This document shows positions 45,339 through 54,367 of a stretch of 64,000 nucleotides of DNA, one piece after another. The DNA lies in IMG/VR virus record IMGVR_UViG_3300045594_000630. The stretch is one strand, 5' to 3'. Origin of the DNA: a virus. The position numbers and the translations under genes are program-made. Each line of letters begins with the position of its first letter. The first letter of the stretch is position 1. The notes beneath the pieces are model-generated. The model was not told the origin of the DNA, searched no databases, and saw nothing but the letters and a program-made list of their open reading frames with translations.

Positions 45339-47108
45339 GTGACAAGAAAAAGAAATGCGGACAAGATCCAGGGGCGAATGATGTTCTCTGGAGTCCAGCT
45401 GCCGAAGATCGATTACAGATTTGATGCAGCGTATCCCATTGAGAACGTGAAGATACCGCAGACGCTTGACGGATCTGAATACGATCCGGAGAAGGGCGTC
45501 AGGAAGTATGACGAGGAGGCTGACGAGGCACTTAAATCCAGCATGAAGAAGTTCGGGTTCATTGACCCCATCGTGCTGTCAGGTGATGGCGTCGTCATCC
45601 ACGGGCTTCACAGATTCCTCATTGCAGTCCAGCTCCAGCAGGCCACGATACCTGCCATCATCGTGAAGAACTGGGATCATACGGTCGATGAGACGCAGTT
45701 CTTCAACATCATGTCGAATAAGCTGAATGACTGGTCCACATGGCTAGCTCCGAATGTTGACCGTGTTCTCAGGAATCTTGACGGAGGCGTGAAGAGCAGG
45801 GTCATCCGTGGGGACGATGGAACATTCGTGGTCGTGGCCGATGAGTCCGGCGAGTACAGGGATCTTGCCAGGAAGCTCGGACTGTTCATTGATGTGATCC
45901 CCCGGCAGCTGTGCGCGTCTGCCGTCGATCTGCTTACACTCGCGAAGATGCGGGTTAAGACCCTAGGCCGCCGGTACCAGTACAATGACGAACAGATCTT
46001 GTACATCGAGACGCTGAGGGATCAGATAGATCAGTACAGGCGCAAGGCCGTAGAGGTCGGCATCGACACGTCAGGGAACGTCGCGCAGAAGCTCCAGCAG
46101 GAGACCACGTGGAATGAGAACATCGAGAAGGATGGTATCAAGGTCGCCAGGATCGTGCTGCTGCATTCGATCGGCGTGCCGAACGCAGAGATCGCTAAGA
46201 TCGTTGATGTTCCCGTGGACAATAAGGCTACGCGGAAAGCGGCCAAGGACGCTGGTCTTGACACGTTCATGGAACAGGTCACCGTCGAGAACGCGCTGCT
46301 CAGATCCTCGAAGCGAGAATTTGATCCATTAGCGTCATACGGGTACTGGATCGATAAGACTCTGCGTGAACGGTACGAGGTTCTTAAGGACGTTGATGTA
46401 AGATCTGCGCTTGCTCATCTTGACCAGTACCGTGTAGACGTCAAGGTCACCGTGAAGACAGATGAGATCACTCCGCCGGACAAGAAGCTCGTGCTTGACT
46501 CCGAGGAGGCGAAGGATGAGTTCAATGCTGCCGTTGACCTCATTGAAGCCAAGCTCCCGGACAAGGAGCTGCCACGGATCGTAGTGGAGGATTGGGTCCG
46601 CTGGCCGCAGACTCTGAAGTTCTATGCGAACGAATGCTTCAAGGATGTCCTGCTGGTGGACAAGAAGCTGCATCCGGAGAACATCTCCGCCAAGACCCCG
46701 ATGGACGTGAAGACGACGCGACAGACGACGGACAAGGCTTGCGCTAAGACTGAATGGAATGAGATCTGGTGGCTTGACAAGGTGAATTCAGGTGAGGTCA
46801 AGATACCGCTCATCGAACCTGACTACACGATCGTCGCTGATAGGGATGATCTGAGTGAGGATGAAGCCCTGGCCATCGTCACCGAAGATGCGAACAAGAG
46901 ACTCGACGCGGAGGTGGATAAGCTCCGTAAGGCCGAGAACGTCAAGTCTAGCGCCATCTATGACAAGCTCGTCGCCAGGGACTTCAATAAGATACTGATC
47001 GGTATCCGGAAGAAGTATGAGAAGGGACCGATCAACCTGTTCTCGATCGGTAAGAACAGGGATGGGAACGTTGACGATGACCCTGACGCTAAGGGCGTGA
47101 AGTCATGA
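45339..47108 (+). CDS. protein with N-terminal ParB/Srx-like domain
   Basis: LKSSMKKFGFIDPIVL...VIHGLHRFLIA...IPAIIV. Confidence 0.7.
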   Translation: MTRKRNADKIQGRMMFSGVQLPKIDYRFDAAYPIENVKIPQTLDGSEYDPEKGVRKYDEEADEALKSSMKKFGFIDPIVLSGDGVVIHGLHRFLIAVQLQQATIPAIIVKNWDHTVDETQFFNIMSNKLNDWSTWLAPNVDRVLRNLDGGVKSRVIRGDDGTFVVVADESGEYRDLARKLGLFIDVIPRQLCASAVDLLTLAKMRVKTLGRRYQYNDEQILYIETLRDQIDQYRRKAVEVGIDTSGNVAQKLQQETTWNENIEKDGIKVARIVLLHSIGVPNAEIAKIVDVPVDNKATRKAAKDAGLDTFMEQVTVENALLRSSKREFDPLASYGYWIDKTLRERYEVLKDVDVRSALAHLDQYRVDVKVTVKTDEITPPDKKLVLDSEEAKDEFNAAVDLIEAKLPDKELPRIVVEDWVRWPQTLKFYANECFKDVLLVDKKLHPENISAKTPMDVKTTRQTTDKACAKTEWNEIWWLDKVNSGEVKIPLIEPDYTIVADRDDLSEDEALAIVTEDANKRLDAEVDKLRKAENVKSSAIYDKLVARDFNKILIGIRKKYEKGPINLFSIGKNRDGNVDDDPDAKGVKS

Positions 47109-47196
47109 GGGATCACACGACAGATAGCATGGACGGCAGTCCGATGATGATCAACTACTTCATCATCGGTCAGGGATCAATCAAGGTGATAGCGTA

Positions 47197-48423
47197 ATGG
47201 ATACAGTCTTCATACCAAGCAAGGGCAGATCGTCTAATTGCAGTACGCATCGGAGTCTAGAGGCGTTCGACATGCATGACTGGGTGTACGTGGTGGAGCC
47301 CGACGATTACTGGGCATACATCCACCGACTCCGTGAAGACGGTGTCTACATGCCAGAGACTCACGTGTACTCATTTGATGTCGAAAGATTCAAAAGCCCT
47401 AGAAGCGCTGAGCACCCGGACGGATTCGACTACTGTGATGATCTTGGCTGGAAGCCAGGTCTGACAACAGGACCGGGTCCGGCTAGGAACGCCCTGCACC
47501 AGCTGGCCATTGACATGGGTCTTAAGCACTACTGGATGATGGATGATGACATCCAGAGCTTCTCGATCGACGCCTTCTACTTCCAGAAGAACATCTGGAC
47601 GAAAGACATTGCGAATGGAGGGGTGAAGGAGCGCCGGATCAGTCTGATCGACACGTTTGATCTGTATCAGAGATTCCTTGACAAGTTCAGTAATGTCGGC
47701 ATAGCCGAGCTTGACAAGCAAGGCCTTGTCCAGAATCATCGTAAGAACAGCCAGTTCTCAGTGAACTGCAAGGCTTACTCATGCATCAGGTTCAGAACCG
47801 ATGGCCCGAAGATACCGTGGAGATCACGGTTCAATGATGATGTGACGATCTCCCTAGACTATGAGAAGCGCGGATTCGTGAACGTATCTAGTAAGATCAT
47901 GGCGTACCAGACACCTGACACGCAGAGACAGAAGGGTGGCATGACGGAGGCGTTCCATCAGGAGGGGACGCTTCGTAAGGTCAAGTATCTTGTCAAGCAG
48001 TATCCGGAGACCACATTCGCCATCTTGAAGTTCGGAAGGATCCATCACTTCGTGGACTACTCGAAGTTCCGTCAGCGTCTGAGCAGGAATCCGGGCGTCG
48101 AGAATCTTAAGGATCTGCTCCCGGAGTCTTACGGCCCGTACAGATCGTTCATCCCGTATCTTGACGGGGCGACGACCGAGGCTGAGAAGGATCTGCATTG
48201 GAAGAATGTGGACGATGAGCTCCGCAGAGAGTACATTCTTGAACAGCGGAAGATCTATGGTGACTTCTTCGGCGCTGGGAACAAGGCGACCTATGACAAG
48301 AGGATCATCCCCGGATTCATCTCACCGTCTGCCGTGAATGACAACGATGATGAAGATCAGGATATTACAGACAATGAAGACATTGCTGACAGCACTGATG
48401 GCAGCGAGGAAGCACCATTCTAA
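47197..48423 (+). CDS. GT-A glycosyltransferase, TET-associated/GREB1-like type
   Basis: VFIPSKGR, VVEPDDY, GPARN, WMMDDDI, NDDV, QKGG. Confidence 0.7.
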   Translation: MDTVFIPSKGRSSNCSTHRSLEAFDMHDWVYVVEPDDYWAYIHRLREDGVYMPETHVYSFDVERFKSPRSAEHPDGFDYCDDLGWKPGLTTGPGPARNALHQLAIDMGLKHYWMMDDDIQSFSIDAFYFQKNIWTKDIANGGVKERRISLIDTFDLYQRFLDKFSNVGIAELDKQGLVQNHRKNSQFSVNCKAYSCIRFRTDGPKIPWRSRFNDDVTISLDYEKRGFVNVSSKIMAYQTPDTQRQKGGMTEAFHQEGTLRKVKYLVKQYPETTFAILKFGRIHHFVDYSKFRQRLSRNPGVENLKDLLPESYGPYRSFIPYLDGATTEAEKDLHWKNVDDELRREYILEQRKIYGDFFGAGNKATYDKRIIPGFISPSAVNDNDDEDQDITDNEDIADSTDGSEEAPF

Positions 48424-48434
48424 GGAACACTCAT

Positions 48435-49325
48435 ATGGCAGGAAGATCTAAGGGGAATAGGAACAGAAAGAGCAAGGAGCGGGAGACAGCCGTCACGGAT
48501 CCGACGATGATTCAGGTCTCACCGGAAGATGCGAGGAAGCAGACCATCATAGGTGTGATCGTCGTGGCTCTTGTCATCGCTCTTATCGGCGGGATCATGA
48601 CATGGAGGATCATAGCCGGGAAGCAGGACGCTGAGCAGGTGGCCACATCACAGGGGTCAGCGTATGACATCATGAATTCATCCAGCACGGATCGCCCGTC
48701 CGACTATCTGACGAAGGATGGAGCGTTCGTCGTCACGAAGGATGGTGTCGTGAAGGATCCGGCGACAGTCGTCAGCAAGCTTGGTAAGAACGTCAAGATC
48801 GTTGACACGTATGTTGATCTGAACTGCCCGGGCTGCGGTGCCGTTGATCGTAGCCTGAACAGGTATTACCAGCAGTATCTCGAGAATGGCAAGATAGCTC
48901 TTAGAGTGCACCTGATCGCATTCTTGAACAATGTGAGTTCAGATCAGTATTCAGAGCGTGCTGCCAACGCTGTCTACAGGATGCTAGACGTAGCTCCGGA
49001 TAAGACACTTGACTACATGACGTACTTGCTGTCTGATGGCGTCCAGCCCGGTGAGGGAGCTGAATACAAGTCGTTCACGGACAAGGATCTCCAGGCTGCT
49101 GCCGTGAAGGTAGGCGTCGACCAGGGTAAGGTCTCGACGCTCACAGATAAGAAGTATGACACGTATGTCACTAACGTGACGACGTATGTCGTGAACGATA
49201 AGGATCTGTGGAAGGAGAACGCGACGTCATTCACGACGCCGATCGTTCTTGTTGACGGCAAGCAGCTGACATTTGATGACAGCGGTGCGTTCATCAACCA
49301 GTTCATTGACCTTATCAATAAGTAA
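48435..49325 (+). CDS. membrane-anchored DsbA/thioredoxin-fold protein
   Basis: One TM; DLNCPGC; TTPIVLVDG. Confidence 0.85.
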   Translation: MAGRSKGNRNRKSKERETAVTDPTMIQVSPEDARKQTIIGVIVVALVIALIGGIMTWRIIAGKQDAEQVATSQGSAYDIMNSSSTDRPSDYLTKDGAFVVTKDGVVKDPATVVSKLGKNVKIVDTYVDLNCPGCGAVDRSLNRYYQQYLENGKIALRVHLIAFLNNVSSDQYSERAANAVYRMLDVAPDKTLDYMTYLLSDGVQPGEGAEYKSFTDKDLQAAAVKVGVDQGKVSTLTDKKYDTYVTNVTTYVVNDKDLWKENATSFTTPIVLVDGKQLTFDDSGAFINQFIDLINK

Positions 49326-49383
49326 GATCCGTATCTTGCCATGTTAGATCTTCTGTACACATGTCTACAAGGAGATCGTTATC

Positions 49384-50670
49384 ATGGCGAAGTATCATAT
49401 CGGTAAGGATGGGGAGCCACATCTCTGCAACGCGGAGAAGAGACCATGCCCGTTGAAGCAGGCTGACGGCAGTCCGGTTCCCCATTACGGATCAATGGAG
49501 CAAGCGTACGAGGCTCTGTACGTGAAGGAATCACACTCCCTCAATGACGCGATCAGGTACCAGAAGAAGTATGAGAATTGGGCTGACAAGGATCAGGACG
49601 TCCAGGACATCATTGACGATGCATTCGCCGGTAAAAGATTCCAGATGTTCAAGACTGCTAACGCTGAGTACAGTGTCCCCGTGAAGACGGTCAGACAGTC
49701 GAAGGCGACGAGGGAACTCACGGCGGGGATGCATGACAGGTTCAAGAGCGTCAGATCTGCGCAAGAGGCAATGACCCCTGACGGCAAGCTGGCCGCGCAG
49801 TACGCATCAATGACCGCAATCGAATCCGACATGAAGCGGCTGAAGGCAAGTACAGCGCAGGAATCCCTCGCTAACGTTCTTTACGTGAACAGCAGGGCTG
49901 ATGGAGCATTCCAGGTACAGGTCAGCGCTTCAATAGACAAGAACAAGATCAAGAGCGATCTTGACATGAGTGACGCTGATCTTGAGAAGTTCTATGATGT
50001 GAGCACCGGTGATTACTCGGTGTCCAGCGTCAAGAAGGCGTTCAACGATTCTATTGCTGACGCTATACCGGCAGGAACCAGGGGAGCTCCGGCGAAGCGG
50101 AAGGCCGCTTGGGACGCTAGCGGGCTTGCCGTCGATGAGGTCACGTACAGCCCTGACAAGAAGGCTCTTGAAGCCGTGGCCAGTGCTCACAATGATGCTG
50201 TCATCAGTGAGCAGTTCGATGACGACAAGCTCGGAACCATGTGGGGTTCAGCGAAGCGTGCAGCCCTCTGCGAGCTGGGCGTCCAGCACCAGATCTTGAA
50301 GGATGAGATATCCGCTCGTGAGGATGCGCTGAGGAAGCAGGGCGCATCAGAGTCTGGTGATCCCAACGCTGTATTCAAGAAGCTGTCAGAATCAGACTCT
50401 GACGGTCTGAAGTTCAAGGAGCGACATTCAGCCGTACTGAATGAGAAGAACGTGGATGCATTCGCCAGGCAGCATGGTATTGATGCGAAGACGCTCCGCA
50501 AGACATCAAAGTCATTCACTCTTGACAAGTTCAAGGAGTTCGCAAAAGACAAGAAGATACCGACGTTCAAGTATCTGAAGCCGCAACGGGCCGTCCATCT
50601 TCGCTACATGAAGAATCAGAAGGCGTACGATGATCACACCGTGGCAGCCAGGGATGTTGTCAATGCATGA
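49384..50670 (+). CDS. hypothetical protein with N-terminal Cys/His motif
   Basis: KYHIGKDGEPHLCNAEKRPCP...HY. Confidence 0.8.
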   Translation: MAKYHIGKDGEPHLCNAEKRPCPLKQADGSPVPHYGSMEQAYEALYVKESHSLNDAIRYQKKYENWADKDQDVQDIIDDAFAGKRFQMFKTANAEYSVPVKTVRQSKATRELTAGMHDRFKSVRSAQEAMTPDGKLAAQYASMTAIESDMKRLKASTAQESLANVLYVNSRADGAFQVQVSASIDKNKIKSDLDMSDADLEKFYDVSTGDYSVSSVKKAFNDSIADAIPAGTRGAPAKRKAAWDASGLAVDEVTYSPDKKALEAVASAHNDAVISEQFDDDKLGTMWGSAKRAALCELGVQHQILKDEISAREDALRKQGASESGDPNAVFKKLSESDSDGLKFKERHSAVLNEKNVDAFARQHGIDAKTLRKTSKSFTLDKFKEFAKDKKIPTFKYLKPQRAVHLRYMKNQKAYDDHTVAARDVVNA

Positions 50671-50726
50671 TCATCATGGTATGATTGATCATGTTAATAG
50701 GAGCGTATCGATGCAAGGGGAAGACA

Positions 50727-51038
50727 ATGGCTGAGCTTAGCAAGGCTAAGGACAATGAAGTACCAGCGTACGTGACGTGGTGGCTCAAGGACAATGAGTC
50801 TAGGGAGATCGATGAAGACCGGTGCATCGTACTGCAGGCCATGCACGGTGACGACATTGATTACGAGACAGGCCCGTACGTCATCGAATTCGCTGAGCCC
50901 GTAGCCATGAGGTTCTTCTATGCGAACGGACTGGACAGGCTTATTGCTAAGCTGAATGATGATCATCCTGGAGATTCATTCGAGCCGGTGACGGCTAGTG
51001 AAGATCCGTACGCTGATGAAGATGAGTTCTTAATCTGA
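50727..51038 (+). CDS. small acidic hypothetical protein
   Basis: ORF track 50685; SD-supported start MAELSK. Confidence 0.65.
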   Translation: MAELSKAKDNEVPAYVTWWLKDNESREIDEDRCIVLQAMHGDDIDYETGPYVIEFAEPVAMRFFYANGLDRLIAKLNDDHPGDSFEPVTASEDPYADEDEFLI

Positions 51039-51159
51039 CGCAGACAAGATCAGATGGGCGCTGAAGACATCTGGACTCAGCATAAGTCAGCTAGCGTGGT
51101 TGATAGGCGCTTCAGTAGGAATGCTTCAACGATGGATCGTTGGAGATGAAATCCATCCA

Positions 51160-52909
51160 ACAGTTGCTAGTAACCGTTATTCTTGGTTAGACCCGCCGCC
51201 GTTACCGAGCATGCTCGTTCACGGTGGCCCTGGTTACTAGCATGGGCATGACCGTCGCCTCTCGGACGACGAGAGCGGACCGTCTGTACCACGGCGCTCA
51301 ACCCAAACTTGTTATTCTTGCGGAGCTTCCCCAGGCCGCGCAGCGCGAGAGTGAAGCTAGCCGCGTCATCCTTATCCCCCGCGTAACCGCACCTCACGCA
51401 CTTGAATGAGTGCGATCGGGGATCAGCATCATACGCGGCGCGGCATGACGGGCACTCGTGACTCGACCCGGCAGGATCCACCCTCACCATCTTGACGCCA
51501 CGCCTATCGGCGAGGTGCTGGACACGAGCCTGCTGCCGCCCATGACGGAACTTCACCGCGCCGCCGCCAGCCCATGAGAGCTCCTCCATTACGAGCACGT
51601 CACCCGGGCGGCAGTGCTTCACGGCTGAGTCAGCAGCGACCCAATCCATCGCATCCTTCAAGAGCTCCAGCTTCTCGTGAAGATGGATAGTACCCTCCAC
51701 GAGCCTCGGGTTCGCCATGGGCTCATGATCCTGCATGATCCTCGAGAGCTTCGCGAGAGCCTCCCGTTCTTTTAGCTGGAGCGAGATGATGTGACGCTGG
51801 AGTGATGATCCCTCCCGGCTCAGCGTGAGCGGCCTGCTCGTTCCGCCGTTCAGGCTCACGCGCCGTCCGGCTATCACCGCGTGCGACTCCATCCCGATAT
51901 CGAACCCGACGACCGCATTGACGCGCTTGCGTATCGACGGTGCCGTGGACTTGATCGTGAAGGTGAATCGTACGTCGTCCGTCGCCGGGTTGAATGACAC
52001 GGTGTTAACAGTACGTGAGATCTTGGCGCGGATCTTACCAGCCACGTCTTCCTTGTATCCTACGCTGAATGAGTGGCTAGTCTTAGGGACGGCCTGGATC
52101 GTTCCCCGGCTGATCCTGCCAGCCTGGAGCGAGCGGCGGGGGTACCGGGCACGGATCCACGGAGCGTGCCATGCGAAGTCTAGGCGAGCTTGACCGATGT
52201 TCACGTTATCCCAGTGCAAGACTCCAGTCTTACGATCGTACCATGGCTTATTAGAGATCTGCATGGCCATCTTGGAATACGCGATCCGCGCTGACTCCAC
52301 GACGGGGAGTCCTGGCTTACTCTTCATTCTCTGCACGTTAGACCAGAGCTGGTAGTCCAGGTACTCGTACTCGTGCTTCTTCTTGAAGTCCTTGAAGCTT
52401 AATGGGCCTTTATCAGAACGGGCCTCATCAAAGAGCCTGGATCGTTGAGCCCATGGCGCGAGTAAGCGCCATGCTTCTAATTGATCGTTAATCAGGCTCC
52501 ATGCCGTGTTCGACCATGCTTCCGTCCTGCTCTCCTTGACACTTGGAGGGATGATCATGTTCTTGCGAATCAGGGGATCCGAGTACTTGAGGCCAGTAGT
52601 CATGTCATCAGGGTCCAGGCCCTTATTAGCGCTTATGATCTTATTCTGATCCGCCGTCTGGGTTTTCAGAATACTCACGATGTAAGATGGCCAGTCCGTC
52701 ACGCCCGGTTGCCGCTTCCCGGGCGACGGGGTGATGATCGCGCCGCTCAGATTAAGGCTAAGTGCCATGCTGATGGTCTTACGCTTCCTCACGATTATTC
52801 ACCCCTTGACTATGATAATGAATATTATACCATTCAATATCATTATAAGGGTAACTCATTATCACGGAGGTAACATCAATAACAAGAAGACAGGTATCTA
52901 ATGTTTACA
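51160..52909 (-). mobile_element. non-autonomous tnpB-only element, copy 2
   Basis: Same TGTAAAC left end and AACTGT right end as copy 1. Confidence 0.85.
51167..52792 (-). CDS. tnpB: TnpB RNA-guided endonuclease, 541 aa
   Basis: Close paralog of 13085-14707; RuvC D/E/D and zinc finger intact. Confidence 0.85.
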   Translation of the reverse strand: MRKRKTISMALSLNLSGAIITPSPGKRQPGVTDWPSYIVSILKTQTADQNKIISANKGLDPDDMTTGLKYSDPLIRKNMIIPPSVKESRTEAWSNTAWSLINDQLEAWRLLAPWAQRSRLFDEARSDKGPLSFKDFKKKHEYEYLDYQLWSNVQRMKSKPGLPVVESARIAYSKMAMQISNKPWYDRKTGVLHWDNVNIGQARLDFAWHAPWIRARYPRRSLQAGRISRGTIQAVPKTSHSFSVGYKEDVAGKIRAKISRTVNTVSFNPATDDVRFTFTIKSTAPSIRKRVNAVVGFDIGMESHAVIAGRRVSLNGGTSRPLTLSREGSSLQRHIISLQLKEREALAKLSRIMQDHEPMANPRLVEGTIHLHEKLELLKDAMDWVAADSAVKHCRPGDVLVMEELSWAGGGAVKFRHGRQQARVQHLADRRGVKMVRVDPAGSSHECPSCRAAYDADPRSHSFKCVRCGYAGDKDDAASFTLALRGLGKLRKNNKFGLSAVVQTVRSRRPRGDGHAHASNQGHRERACSVTAAGLTKNNGY

Positions 52910-53058
52910 TATGATCAGATCATTGAGAATGCGGTTGCCTTCATACGGTTGTATGATACTGGTGACAGATCGTCAACAAGGAATGCTATCATCAACGTTG
53001 ACAGATCGGGTTCATCACCATATGAAGAGTTCATCAAGAACCGTATAGATCATAAGCG

Positions 53059-53192
53059 CAGATCTGGCATCTGAGGAACGATCTGCGTTCAAGACGTGAC
53101 ATTATACTAGATCGGGCTTTCCGGCATGTGACCGATCTTAATGCGTTCAGAAACATAGGACCTACTACACTTCTGAACATAGCTGGATCTCA
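53059..53192 (-). repeat. 134-bp dispersed repeat, copy B (inverted relative to A)
   Basis: See copy A; contains a gttcagaa/ttctgaac inverted repeat. Confidence 0.85.
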
Positions 53193-53407
53193 TCCGATTG
53201 TAGGTGTCCTGTCTGACGGCCTTCTCGTAAGCTTCCGACGGTTCAGCTGAAAGATCTCGTTCAGATCAATCTGCGGCTTCGGCAATTGCATGATTATGAT
53301 CACAATCATCTTCTAAATGGATGCAGATCTGACTTCAGATTGAGAACAGATCTGTATTAATCACTACCCGGCGCGTTGAAGCCAGATCGGTGATATACTG
53401 GATGTAC

Positions 53408-53752
53408 GGGGTCGAAAGGAATCGATTGATCCTCATAACTGAACAGTGCAAGCCGCTGAACCACGATAGCACAGCGTATAAACTATTCGTGAAATTACAG
53501 AAGCTGCTTACAACACTTCTGACTTCGCTCTAGCAGCGTAGTCCGTGAACATGATGAGGTCACTATCTTGTAGTCATGTTCGCGTCGCAACAAGATAGCG
53601 AGGGCGAGATCGGGTCGACTCGTCTGGTTGCAGACCCGGAACCGAGTACCTAGGCCGATCCATGTCCGGTGGTACTTGTTAAGACATGGGAAGCTTGTAA
53701 TCCACTGCCAGGGCGAGGAGACAAGACCCGGGTTCGAATCCCGGCGGCTCCA
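53408..53752 (+). ncRNA. ssrA: tmRNA
   Basis: 5' GGGGTCGAAAGGAATCGA; 3' T arm and cggctcca with G3-U70; tag frame ending ...AAYNTSDFALAA-stop (53482-53541). Confidence 0.92.
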
Positions 53753-53843
53753 CAACTGATCTGTCACCCCTGTCATCCATCTTATCAGATTCATGGTATG
53801 ATGCTACCATTGTTACGTACTTACGGTAAGATGGAGGTAGAGC

Positions 53844-54359
53844 ATGGTGAAAGCACTGATAGGGACATCGTTGAAGACATATAACATCGTATTCATCCGT
53901 TACGATGGTGATCAGAGTATCGATGATCTGAAGAAGATCGTCGTGAATTGGGTGTCATCGATGACGATCAAGGATCTGACGAAGTATGGGAACGTCACAT
54001 TCCTCGGATCTGGACTCAGTGAGACCAAATGGCAGCAGGATGAACCCGAATCTGAACAGCCTAACTACACGCACTCAGTCGTCGTCAACAACATCACCGA
54101 CTTCACGGATCTCTTCAGGAGATCATTACCGGCCGTGAAGAGGGAGCAGTTCAAGAAGGAAGCCGACGAGAAGAATGCGAAGCTGGCGAAGGGTCGTAGG
54201 AGGGTCTCTCCCCGCAAGTGCTATTATAAGGACGATGGATTCAGACCTGAAGTCATGTTCCTCTGCAAGAACATCAATAACTCGACGATTGAATGGATGG
54301 TCAACGAGAATGACAAGAACGGGTGGCAGACATTGAAGACGATGAAAGATCAGGCTTGA
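53844..54359 (+). CDS. hypothetical protein
   Basis: GGAGG SD; 171 aa. Confidence 0.75.
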   Translation: MVKALIGTSLKTYNIVFIRYDGDQSIDDLKKIVVNWVSSMTIKDLTKYGNVTFLGSGLSETKWQQDEPESEQPNYTHSVVVNNITDFTDLFRRSLPAVKREQFKKEADEKNAKLAKGRRRVSPRKCYYKDDGFRPEVMFLCKNINNSTIEWMVNENDKNGWQTLKTMKDQA

Positions 54360-54367
54360 ACGATCCG

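Larger units (their letters stand above)
51034..53074 (+). pseudogene. XRE-family HTH gene split by tnpB copy 2 (pieces 51034-51159 and 52910-53074)
   Basis: Removing the element and keeping one ACA restores DKIRWALKTSGLSISQLAWLIGASVGMLQRWIVGDEIHPTYDQIIEN...; an in-frame TAA follows the likely ATG at 51022. Confidence 0.7.

Noticed and set aside
35435-51033. Ochre suppression to explain in-frame TAA codons before the sigma and XRE frames
   Set aside because: No tRNA with a TTA anticodon was found, and many genes end normally in TAA
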